Part shown: positions 38,115 to 47,073 of the stretch, piece after piece | Layout of the letters: each line of letters starts with the position of its first letter | How positions within the stretch are numbered: the first letter of the stretch is position 1 | Source of the DNA: Candidatus Binatia bacterium | Lineage (GTDB): Bacteria; Desulfobacterota; Binatia; UBA9968; CAXXLF01 | Reading direction: 5' to 3' | NCBI GenBank assembly: GCA_963664015.2 | Contig: CAXXLF010000001.1 | Span: 352,001-416,000 of the forward strand | Length of the DNA: 64,000 bases | Notes under the pieces: generated by a model | Database searches by the model: none | The model's input: only the letters and a program-made list of their open reading frames with translations | What the model was told of the DNA's origin: nothing | Made by a program: the position numbers and the translations under genes

Positions 38115-39950
38115 TTATTTCACGCTGGCCATCCTGCGAAATTGCAGGTTGGACTCGATCAATTCATCGTAGGTTCCCTGCCCCGCAATTTGCCCCTTTT
38201 CAACAATGTAAATGAGGTCGCACTGCTTGACCGTTGACAGACGGTGAGCAACGATAATGATCGTCTTCTTACGGGCGAGATTATGAACGGCCTCCATAAT
38301 AATATGTTCCGTAATGGTATCAAGCGAGCTTGTTGCTTCGTCCAGAATGAGCACCGCCGGTTCGCGGTACAACGCGCGAGCAACGCCGATTCGCTGCCGT
38401 TGTCCTCCGCTGAGCCGCACACCACGGTCCCCAACCAGCGTCTGGTAGCCTTGCGGTAATTCATGTTGTACAAAGTCATGCAAGTTCGCAATCTTATTCG
38501 CCCGCACGACAGCCTCCTGGTCGATATCTTGATCAGGAACCCCAAAAGCGATATTTCGATTGACCGTATCATCGGCGAGATAGATCTGCTGCGGCACATA
38601 TCCGAGACTCCGATACCAACCGTGCACGTTCGCAGGGGAAATTTCGATTCCATCCACCGTGAGACGACCATCCTTAGGGGTGAGAAGCCCGAGAATAATA
38701 TCGATAAGCGTTGTTTTTCCCGAGCCTGTGGACCCTACAAAACCCACTGACGTATTGGCCTGGATTCGCAAGCTGATTTCCCGAGTCACAAACGAACGCG
38801 AATTCGGATAGGTGAAGGTAACCCTATCCATTTCGATCATCCTGCTAGGAACAATGGGTTCGATTCCCGGGTTGTAGTTCTCACAGGGCACCTCACTCGT
38901 TACGGCCGATAAATCAGCGTAAAGAAGTTCAATCGTCGACAGGTTGTATCGCACTTGAGTCACACCGGCAAAGACGCTCTGGACCGCTGGAATAAGCCGG
39001 TAACCGGCAAACGCGTATAGAGACACGAGGGGGATGATCTCGCTCGCCCCCTTTTCCATCCTGATCAGGTAAAGCACGATTAATAAAATCCCCCCGAATG
39101 CAATCCCTTCCATCGCATAACGGGGCAAAATTCCAAACGCCTGGCCAGTCGCCTCGTGTTTAGCAAAAAGTTTCGACGGCACCGAATAACGGCGCAGGTA
39201 GTCCGCCTCCCGACCAAGGAGCTTCAGCTCCTTAATGCCACTGATCGCCTCGTTTGCCAGTTTGAATCGTTGCGTGGTGGCATCAAACGACTCGCGTCCA
39301 ATCCGGGCCAGCTTCCACCGAATAAACCAAAATAGAGCTGAATAAACCCCACCCAACGCCACAACTACCGTTAGGGCAACCACCGGATCAACGGCGATCA
39401 ATAGCGCAAATATAAAGATAATGACTGCCACCTTGACCAACATTCCCATAAAAGGTATTGCGATGCCGCCGACGAAGCGATTGACCTGATTAATCGTATT
39501 CTTAATCAATTCCGACCCGTTCCGATTGAGAAAGAATGAATAAGGTTGGTCCAAATACTTTTTCAGCAGTCGCTCCGACAAAACATGCCCGCGCATATTG
39601 GTGAAACGTAGAAGCAGCCACATTGTTCCCGCGGATACCATGTTGCTGATAAGAAGCAATCCAAGTACGCTTAGCCCAAGCCAAAAGAGGAAATCCTGTA
39701 CCTCGCGAAATTCGAAATACGAATAAGCAAAGCTCAGCCACTTGTTATCATTAACCGCCCCTGGGTTAGTCATGACAGCCATGAATGGCATAATTGAGGC
39801 GATCCCTAACGTTTCCACCAATCCCATGGTGAGAACTCCAAGACAAAGCCATGCCATCTGGAATCGCTCCTGCTTGGAGAAAAGCGTGCTAAAGATTTTC
39901 TTTGTATTTCTAAACACTGATTGCGTCCTAAGCTCTACTGGAGAGGCCAA
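38115..39950 (-). CDS. ABC transporter, fused permease/ATPase (PglK/Wzk-type lipid-linked glycan flippase-like)
   Basis: TMD with long first external loop, GIKELK, RLIP; Walker A GSTGSGKT, LSGGQRQR, ILDEATSSLD, AHRL. Confidence 0.88.
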   Translation of the reverse strand: MASPVELRTQSVFRNTKKIFSTLFSKQERFQMAWLCLGVLTMGLVETLGIASIMPFMAVMTNPGAVNDNKWLSFAYSYFEFREVQDFLFWLGLSVLGLLLISNMVSAGTMWLLLRFTNMRGHVLSERLLKKYLDQPYSFFLNRNGSELIKNTINQVNRFVGGIAIPFMGMLVKVAVIIFIFALLIAVDPVVALTVVVALGGVYSALFWFIRWKLARIGRESFDATTQRFKLANEAISGIKELKLLGREADYLRRYSVPSKLFAKHEATGQAFGILPRYAMEGIAFGGILLIVLYLIRMEKGASEIIPLVSLYAFAGYRLIPAVQSVFAGVTQVRYNLSTIELLYADLSAVTSEVPCENYNPGIEPIVPSRMIEMDRVTFTYPNSRSFVTREISLRIQANTSVGFVGSTGSGKTTLIDIILGLLTPKDGRLTVDGIEISPANVHGWYRSLGYVPQQIYLADDTVNRNIAFGVPDQDIDQEAVVRANKIANLHDFVQHELPQGYQTLVGDRGVRLSGGQRQRIGVARALYREPAVLILDEATSSLDTITEHIIMEAVHNLARKKTIIIVAHRLSTVKQCDLIYIVEKGQIAGQGTYDELIESNLQFRRMASVK

Positions 39951-39971
39951 GCGATACCGATCGACTCTAGC

Positions 39972-41312
39972 TCACTCCACCCATTCTCTATGCTTCCGTA
40001 AAAACGCAGCACTCACACGCGCATCAATGCTGCTCTGAAGCCCGGCTACCCCAAATTTTGCCCAAAACTCTCGTTGCAACTCCTCATCCTCTTCAGTAGT
40101 TTCCCAGGCCCCATCCAGACGATCATCCATTTCCATTGCAATCGCAGTAATTTCATCGGGACTATTCTCGACTACCTCGACGCCTAGCTCTTCATACTCC
40201 TCGCTCCTATAAAACGTATCGGCCCCGTATTGAAGAGACTCACGTAACGTTAAGATCCTTCCAGCCTTGCGCCACCTAAGCCTCTTTGGGATAAATATGT
40301 TCCCTGGCGCAATCGTCAATAAGTTATCCAATCCGATTGGAACAAAATTTACGTAGCCTAAAGGCCGACGAAACAATTTTGGCACAGCACACATACCCGA
40401 CGTATCGCATAAGAAAAATCTGCATTCCGCGACTAGGTAAATATCCATAAACTCCGACCTAAATCTGCTTGCATAATCGATAATTTGGGGGTGGTTCTCC
40501 TTTAGACATTCTGCCACCGAAGCGCCCATCCTAATCACGTAGTACCCGCGTCTCACCAACTCGTAAGCTGCAGGAATATAATTATCAATGGAACCGTCCC
40601 GGTAATCATGGTAGCCGAAATCCAAACTACGATAAGCAGGGAGACTTTTGAGGTAAGAAGAATCCCGGGCAAGAAAACAGATATACGGACACGTTTCGTT
40701 TATCCCGATTTTCCCTCGTTCGACGAGTCCTCGAAGCTTCTCTTCCGGCGTAAAATGAATTTGAATTTTAGACCCTGCGCGCAGCCTTTTTCGATCCACA
40801 TCCGAATTGAAAGGAACTTCATGGGTCGCATATCCCGGCAACAAGCGGTTAACTCTCCTCAGATATCGGGCAAGCGTGCAGATTTTAAGCTCGCGGGCCC
40901 ACATTTTTCGAAGTTGATCGTTGCAGATAGGCTTTTGGAGAGAAAAAATATCTACGCACCTTGCACTCTGTATATCTGCATCCTTTTCAGATAAGTACAG
41001 TTCAGTATTCGCGGTAAAATGGCCGATTCGATTACTCAGGAGGATTCCGAAACGTATCAAAAACAACGGCTTTATTAGCCGAATTACCACAATGACGAGC
41101 AAGAGCGGTACCAGTCCGATCGCTAGAACGAGCCATTCTCTCAAAGGCCAGTTCCCAACCGTATGTCTGGCCTCGACAAGCATTTTTACATGGCCTGCAA
41201 ATCGGTGCGATTTCTCTCCGAACAGTCCACGCAAGAAGGAACCAGCCTTTTCAGCAATCACTGCAGTCCTCAACCACCGTTTAATGGTTACGTTCAAATT
41301 CCAATAGGACAC
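39972..41312 (-). CDS. Putative glycosyltransferase, TIGR04372-like
   Basis: RIGH, ARDSSY, YRD, VIRMG, IIDYA...DIYL..CRFF, ENSPDEI. Paralogue of 53803..55410. Confidence 0.72.
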   Translation of the reverse strand: MSYWNLNVTIKRWLRTAVIAEKAGSFLRGLFGEKSHRFAGHVKMLVEARHTVGNWPLREWLVLAIGLVPLLLVIVVIRLIKPLFLIRFGILLSNRIGHFTANTELYLSEKDADIQSARCVDIFSLQKPICNDQLRKMWARELKICTLARYLRRVNRLLPGYATHEVPFNSDVDRKRLRAGSKIQIHFTPEEKLRGLVERGKIGINETCPYICFLARDSSYLKSLPAYRSLDFGYHDYRDGSIDNYIPAAYELVRRGYYVIRMGASVAECLKENHPQIIDYASRFRSEFMDIYLVAECRFFLCDTSGMCAVPKLFRRPLGYVNFVPIGLDNLLTIAPGNIFIPKRLRWRKAGRILTLRESLQYGADTFYRSEEYEELGVEVVENSPDEITAIAMEMDDRLDGAWETTEEDEELQREFWAKFGVAGLQSSIDARVSAAFLRKHREWVE

Positions 41313-41418
41313 TGGTCAGTTTCTTTGCTAATTCTATTAATGTGAGCGGCCTCCCTGGCTCGGCCTTGAGCCTTTTCCCCGCTTGCATTTCCCTTACCTG
41401 CGCAAGGGAAGAGGTAAC

Positions 41419-43389
41419 CTACCGACCCTGTACCAGAATTTGTTGATTCCGATCCGTAATGGTGTCCGGTGTCGGCGATTCATCTCTCTTCAGCTTCACG
41501 ATAGTGCGGAGCGACCTATCGTTGCGACGCTCAGAAAGGATCTCGTCGGTGATCGGCTGCGGCAGCTTGTGGTCGTTATACAGATTCCGTGGTCTTAGCC
41601 GTACCCCGAAAATCCGAGCTAACACCCGACAGGCTTTCACTACCAAGAACTCCAAGTAGAGAAGATTTCTCATGGTAAAGTAAACCACCACCCGGGGTAG
41701 CTTTGCCACTAGTGGTCTCCGCGTGAGTTTGTTGTTGAGGGTTGTTATAGGATGCCGCGACGCTTTCAATGTCCTGTATGCCAAATCACCCATCGCAGGG
41801 TAGAGTCTCTCCCTCTCCCGCCGTTCTAAATCAACACCATGAATCTCGGCCGGAAGCCTATCGGTCCGAATTTCCAAATTCGAATGGGTAACACGATCCG
41901 TCCCCAGCGACCTGCTGTAATAGGTGCGGGTCGCTTCGTACAAGATGAGGAAATCCCAGAATAAAAGGTCCCTCAGGGAACTACCATTTATGTTAATGTA
42001 ATTGCTTTTGTCGGCACCTAGGTCGGAAATCGCAATTAGATACTTTTCCTCATCATCCACCGTCGTACCGATTACACCCACATGTTGCCCATATTCGTAC
42101 AACGGTGTACCAGGCAATGGTAACGCATAGAAGACCGCAAGCCCCATTTCCGCCGGGGGAACTCCCCCCATACGCGCCATGTTTCCCAGAAACTCCCCAG
42201 TCTGCCTAGCCGTTTCGTCATTCTCTCCGGGCATCCCCGTCATAACTGCAAGCGGCGAATACATATCGTTCACATAACAGTGTCGAACTGCCTGGTACAC
42301 TTGCTCAACCGTAAAATTCTTTTCCATCAAATCCAGAATCATCTGGCTACCGGATTCAATACCAAACTTTAGCGCAGAGCAACCGTGCTCCTGATAGAAC
42401 TTGACATCATCACCGTCGATAGATAGGCATCGTACCCCACCAGCCATCCAGAGCATATCGTGGCGTTTCATCATCCTTGCGACTTCGTACGCGTGTTTTT
42501 TATCGGCACCGAAATTCTCATCGGAAATCTGTATGAATCCGACATTATACTTTTCTTTTAGCTCCTCGAGATGTTCATCGAGGGTCGTCACACTGTTTCT
42601 CCGAAAGCCCCGTATGGAGCGTTGGCAAAAGGTGCAGCGAGCGACACACCCCTTCGTTGTCCACAAGGCCGCCATCTTCGGTCGACGGTCCGGTTCAAAA
42701 GTCCTTGGATCACTCTGGAACCACGAAGACGGCGCCGCATCTCGGAAATAGTACTCCAAAGCTTCCGGTTTTGTCTTAATGCCTATTTTCAGTAGCTCAT
42801 AATCCGGGTAGGGATTTTCGGTGGCTGGGATACTCTCCGGATACCCGCTAAACTGCATTTCTCCATTGGGATCGAGGTAGGTAAGGCCCTTTATCTTTGC
42901 TAATTGAGAATATTCCCATTCTCTGCCGTATTGCCCTCGGTATCCAAGAAACTCTACCCAAGGGATTTCACCATCCCCTTGGATGCAAATATCAACCTCC
43001 GTCTTATGAAGAACAACTCGCGCGCTAGCCGAAAGGCTACCGCCCAGAATAATCCAAGCGTTCGGGCATTCTTCACGGGCGATGGCCGCAATCCGTTTCA
43101 CAATTCCGTAAGTAGTAGATACCGTCGCACTAAGGCCGAGAACATTAGGATTATATTCCCTAAAATACGCGCGAATCTTCTCATCAGATGAGTCGAGCAT
43201 GTCAATATCATAAAAGTCATATTGCTCCCGTGTGTATCCATGCTTCTCCATCCATTTGATAAGCGACACGATAGCAATCTTCGGCACGATCGGTAGGTCT
43301 TTTGCACCTCGTGGTATTCCGCTGTCAAGAGGGATCGTACATAAGAGTATCCGTGCTGCACTCTCTTCATTCGATAATTGTAACATCAC
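41419..43389 (-). CDS. Cobalamin-binding radical SAM protein
   Basis: VLGLSA...IILGG B12 domain, TKGCVARCTFC, DENF, GIESGSQ, GMPGE, PLPGT. Confidence 0.88.
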   Translation of the reverse strand: MMLQLSNEESAARILLCTIPLDSGIPRGAKDLPIVPKIAIVSLIKWMEKHGYTREQYDFYDIDMLDSSDEKIRAYFREYNPNVLGLSATVSTTYGIVKRIAAIAREECPNAWIILGGSLSASARVVLHKTEVDICIQGDGEIPWVEFLGYRGQYGREWEYSQLAKIKGLTYLDPNGEMQFSGYPESIPATENPYPDYELLKIGIKTKPEALEYYFRDAAPSSWFQSDPRTFEPDRRPKMAALWTTKGCVARCTFCQRSIRGFRRNSVTTLDEHLEELKEKYNVGFIQISDENFGADKKHAYEVARMMKRHDMLWMAGGVRCLSIDGDDVKFYQEHGCSALKFGIESGSQMILDLMEKNFTVEQVYQAVRHCYVNDMYSPLAVMTGMPGENDETARQTGEFLGNMARMGGVPPAEMGLAVFYALPLPGTPLYEYGQHVGVIGTTVDDEEKYLIAISDLGADKSNYININGSSLRDLLFWDFLILYEATRTYYSRSLGTDRVTHSNLEIRTDRLPAEIHGVDLERRERERLYPAMGDLAYRTLKASRHPITTLNNKLTRRPLVAKLPRVVVYFTMRNLLYLEFLVVKACRVLARIFGVRLRPRNLYNDHKLPQPITDEILSERRNDRSLRTIVKLKRDESPTPDTITDRNQQILVQGR

Positions 43390-43447
43390 GTTCCTCCAAA
43401 AGGTTTAAATCGTTGCTAACCAAACACTCCATACTTGATACATACAC

Positions 43448-44212
43448 CTAAGCCCCATACGCTTTGCCTTCGCCAGCATCGATCGGGACCATACATCCAC
43501 CCATCATAGAAGCATCTTCAGAACACAGTAACAGTAGGATGGGAATTAGCTCTTTCGCTTCACCCATCACCTTTCGGGGCAACCGTTCTTGAACGAACCG
43601 CTGGTAGGCTACCGCGTTATTCTCCTCAAGTCTTTCCATTGCATTCCCCGGCCCTGTGAACCCCCCCGGAAGAATCCCAGTCGCAACCACATTGAAGCCT
43701 GCCAACTCCCTCCCCAGCGTCCGCACATACGCCGCTAGCCCGGCCTTTGCAGTGCTGTAACCAACAGACCCAACCCCTTCACTTGAGGCAATTGATCCGA
43801 CGTGGACGAGGTTCCCTGAGCGTCTTGCCTTCATATCAGGCACGAGAAGCCGGTTAATCTCAGCTACGGAACCCAGATTCAGAGAAAACAATTTTAGAAA
43901 TTCGTCGGATAATAGAAGGGGATCACGAAAACCCATCCCTCCACCGGCGGCGTGTAACACAACATCGATACCCCCCAGGAACTCCAGGGCGCGTTCAACT
44001 CCCTTCTGGAGTTCGTCCACATCCAATAGATCCACCGCGAGAGTTATATGTTCTTGGGAAGATGGGCAGATGCGCCGCACGGATTCCAGCATATCACGGG
44101 AGCGAGCCATCAAAGCCAACCTCGCCCCGTGCTCTGCAAATACCGGCGCTGCCACTGCACCCAATCCCTTCGATGCTCCGGTAACTAAGATGCGCTTATT
44201 TTTTAGCCTCAA
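43448..44212 (-). CDS. Classical SDR oxidoreductase
   Basis: TGASKGLG, GSIAS, YSTAK, PG, IDAG. Confidence 0.88.
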   Translation of the reverse strand: MRLKNKRILVTGASKGLGAVAAPVFAEHGARLALMARSRDMLESVRRICPSSQEHITLAVDLLDVDELQKGVERALEFLGGIDVVLHAAGGGMGFRDPLLLSDEFLKLFSLNLGSVAEINRLLVPDMKARRSGNLVHVGSIASSEGVGSVGYSTAKAGLAAYVRTLGRELAGFNVVATGILPGGFTGPGNAMERLEENNAVAYQRFVQERLPRKVMGEAKELIPILLLLCSEDASMMGGCMVPIDAGEGKAYGA

Positions 44213-44231
44213 CGTCCGACATCCCTAAGGA

Positions 44232-44921
44232 TCACGCGCCCTTTGTCAGCGGGGCAAGCTTCAGGGTCTGGGCATTGGTGAAAGTGTAATCACCCGTATA
44301 TCCCACATGGTCGAGGACCCCTACCCACTCTTCCGGACGAAGAATGGTTGTTCCCAGCAGAGTCCAATAGCTAAACAAACGGAAATCTTCTTCCGTGATG
44401 TAAGAGGCTAAAGTCACAAAGCTCTTCCCCTTGCCCACCCGTTGGATTTCTTTCAGCGACTGGATGGCATCCGTCAGGTTAAGAAAATAGACCACGCCAA
44501 TGGCTACAACGAAATCGAATTCTTTATCTTGAAACGGCAAGGATGTGAAAGGAGCTTTTTGGATAAACGGTTTTACCGAAGTCATGGCATTAGCAATGGC
44601 ATAATCCGAAAGGTCCGTCCCGCGGACCTTCATCGTTGGCTGGAGCTGCAGGAAGTCGTGCAGCAAGAAGCCCTTCTCGCATGCGACCTGCAAGACGGCG
44701 GCGCCGTCACCAAGTCCGTACTCCCGGCACATATTCCTTGCTATGGGAAGCCAGCGCCCGTCATACGCGTAGCCGCCATAACCGCAGTTTCGATCGCCGT
44801 CATAAAACTCTTTGTCTCGATATGTGGCGATGATCCGGTGACGGATTGCCCTCAAATTAGGGCCCACAACTCGCGGCTGTTTCGGCTCAGGATAACCTTC
44901 AAGGGCGTTGAACCTGCGCAA
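44232..44921 (-). CDS. Class I SAM methyltransferase-like protein with degenerate motif I
   Basis: FYDGDR..GYGGY.YDGRW, LQVACEKGF (instead of LDVGCGKGF), LPF.DKEFD, EIQRV. Confidence 0.7.
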   Translation of the reverse strand: MRRFNALEGYPEPKQPRVVGPNLRAIRHRIIATYRDKEFYDGDRNCGYGGYAYDGRWLPIARNMCREYGLGDGAAVLQVACEKGFLLHDFLQLQPTMKVRGTDLSDYAIANAMTSVKPFIQKAPFTSLPFQDKEFDFVVAIGVVYFLNLTDAIQSLKEIQRVGKGKSFVTLASYITEEDFRLFSYWTLLGTTILRPEEWVGVLDHVGYTGDYTFTNAQTLKLAPLTKGA

Positions 44922-44925
44922 TCGC

Positions 44926-45783
44926 TTACCCCCTACTCTCTTCTAACTTTACCGCATATCCAGTATGGCGATCCTTTACTTCATCACTGGCATTACTGTA
45001 CATAGTGAGAAACCATCTGCCATCCGTTTGCGATTCGTCAGGGATCTTGTGTACATCACACGGCTCCACTCCGTGCGCAACCGTTGCATAACCGATTCCC
45101 ATGTCACCAACCTCAATCTCGTCCTCAAGGAAGACCCTCCTGTCGGCTTTCCCCATAAGGTAAAAACCCCCTCCTTCGAAATCCGCACCCCGCTGGCTCA
45201 TATAACCGGAAATAAACACCCTCTGATGCTTATACGGGTCCGAATGGGTCTCCAGCATCCCCACTTTTGGGGTATAGCGGAGCACCTGAATACGGTCGAT
45301 GACTCCGTCTTTGGGCGTGTTCTTTTCGTATTCCTCCCATCCGAATCCACCAAGAAACTTGAACGGCCGCCATCTTGGCATAACAACAGGGAAAAGTTTT
45401 AGTGGATCATCATTCCAGGGAAAGAAATAAGCCGCGTGCTTGACCATCATGAAACTGTATTTTTTCCCCAATTCCTCATCGATGATCCGGTGAAAATCCG
45501 GGCTCCCTTCCAGCATTTTATAAAATGCCTGCGGCCGGCTGTTCCAATACTCATGGACCCGGTTCTTGAGCTCGAGCATGAATTCTCGAGTGAAAGCCCT
45601 TTTGACAAGGTACACATCTCCGGCATAAAGGGATTCAATCACTTGTTTTACAAAGCCAGGAGCCTGTTCACGGATCTGTTGGCTGAACTCTTCAAAATCC
45701 ACTTTATGAATTTTTCTAAGTAGCCTTGGCTGAGGGCTATTGCTTTCTAATTCTTCCCAAACAGCCTTGTATTTGTTCTCCAT
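44926..45783 (-). CDS. Putative 2OG-Fe(II) oxygenase-fold protein
   Basis: Y...HSD (HxD), DFEGGG, distal HGV and a downstream R. Confidence 0.6.
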   Translation of the reverse strand: MENKYKAVWEELESNSPQPRLLRKIHKVDFEEFSQQIREQAPGFVKQVIESLYAGDVYLVKRAFTREFMLELKNRVHEYWNSRPQAFYKMLEGSPDFHRIIDEELGKKYSFMMVKHAAYFFPWNDDPLKLFPVVMPRWRPFKFLGGFGWEEYEKNTPKDGVIDRIQVLRYTPKVGMLETHSDPYKHQRVFISGYMSQRGADFEGGGFYLMGKADRRVFLEDEIEVGDMGIGYATVAHGVEPCDVHKIPDESQTDGRWFLTMYSNASDEVKDRHTGYAVKLEESRG

Positions 45784-45814
45784 AACGATAACTGTCCTTT
45801 TAACTCAGAATTTG

Positions 45815-46462
45815 CTACGGCAAAATACCACGGATAACGGAAAGACCACTCAACTCTTCGAATCGTTCCACTATTTCATCAGCCTCAGTTAAGTACCCTC
45901 GCCCCAGCGTCGTGCACACCGCAATGCAATAGGATCGCGCACTTTTGGCAGCCTGGATCCCAAGCGGCGCGTTCTCAACGACTACACAATCTTCAGGATT
46001 GAGTCCCAATGCCCCGGCTCCTGCTAGGTAGGGGTCCGGATGCGGCTTTCCTCTCTGGGTCATGTTGCCGGTCACTATCGTGGTAAACTTCTCCAAGAAA
46101 TCGCCGGGAACGGATTTCTCTAGCCTGCCCCGTAACCCTGCCGTGACAATCCCCATAGGAACTCTCCCATGAGCAAGCGAGTCGACGAGCTCTTCCACAC
46201 CGGGATAAAATGAAAAACGATGATGCTTGAGGTACCACTCGTCCTTTAATTTGGCCAACTCGACAACGTCAGGAGGGGCAAGACCGTTTATCGTGAAGAA
46301 ATGCGCTGCAACCTCTTTCATGGGAAGACCCTCGAACGGTAAATAATCATCAGCCTTCAGGTCTATGCCGTACCCCTTCGTGACGGCTCTCCACGCTTCG
46401 AGGTTGTCTTCCATGGTCCGAGCCAGCGTCCCGTCGAAGTCGAAGAGAATACCTCTATACAT
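45815..46462 (-). CDS. HAD-family phosphatase (beta-PGM/CbbY-like)
   Basis: FDFDGT, IVT, KPHPDPY, VVENAPLG. Confidence 0.88.
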   Translation of the reverse strand: MYRGILFDFDGTLARTMEDNLEAWRAVTKGYGIDLKADDYLPFEGLPMKEVAAHFFTINGLAPPDVVELAKLKDEWYLKHHRFSFYPGVEELVDSLAHGRVPMGIVTAGLRGRLEKSVPGDFLEKFTTIVTGNMTQRGKPHPDPYLAGAGALGLNPEDCVVVENAPLGIQAAKSARSYCIAVCTTLGRGYLTEADEIVERFEELSGLSVIRGILP

Positions 46463-46530
46463 ATGAGAAACGCCTCACTAGAATTGGCCTGGCCGAAAGG
46501 ATAGAAACCCCATCCGATACTTGTCGACTT

Positions 46531-47049
46531 TTAACGATACTTTTCAACCTGTGCGAAGGTTTCTTTCATCCACGGTCCGACGTACTTGTAATGCGGGCAC
46601 GTAACCAGACGCTCGTCAGTCACGTAAGCCGCATCGACGTAAGTCGCGCCGGCATTTTCGATATCGTCTCTGATGCTATAATAGCCGGAGACCCTCTTTC
46701 CCTTGACAACTCGCGCAGATATCAACAACTGGCTCGCGTGACAAATCGCCGCAATCACTCGACCCGAGGCATAAAAGTCAGCAATGAATTTAATGATTTC
46801 CTTGTCCTGCCTCATATATTCCATCGCCTTGGCACCGCCCGGGAGGACGAGGAGCTCATAGTCCCCGACTTTCAGCTCGGGAATATCCTTCGTGGGCTCG
46901 ACCTTCACGCCTATGATACCCAACACCATTTCCTTGCCGCGCACCGCTACATCCACCTCATAACCCTCTTCCTGAAGTCGATAGTACGGGTAGATGTATT
47001 CGTGGTCCTGAACCAATTTACCGGTCATTATCAGAGCCTTTTTATTCAT
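46531..47049 (-). CDS. DJ-1/PfpI family protein
   Basis: QDHEY, LVLPGG, AICHA nucleophile elbow, AGA.Y, V.D..LVT. Confidence 0.88.
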   Translation of the reverse strand: MNKKALIMTGKLVQDHEYIYPYYRLQEEGYEVDVAVRGKEMVLGIIGVKVEPTKDIPELKVGDYELLVLPGGAKAMEYMRQDKEIIKFIADFYASGRVIAAICHASQLLISARVVKGKRVSGYYSIRDDIENAGATYVDAAYVTDERLVTCPHYKYVGPWMKETFAQVEKYR

Positions 47050-47073
47050 TGCTTGCCCCTTTATTCCTTCGAT

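Noticed and set aside
41379-41410. Hairpin TTCCCTT...AAGGGAA downstream of the radical SAM gene as a terminator
   Set aside because: Short stem with no U-tract on the minus strand; insufficient evidence.
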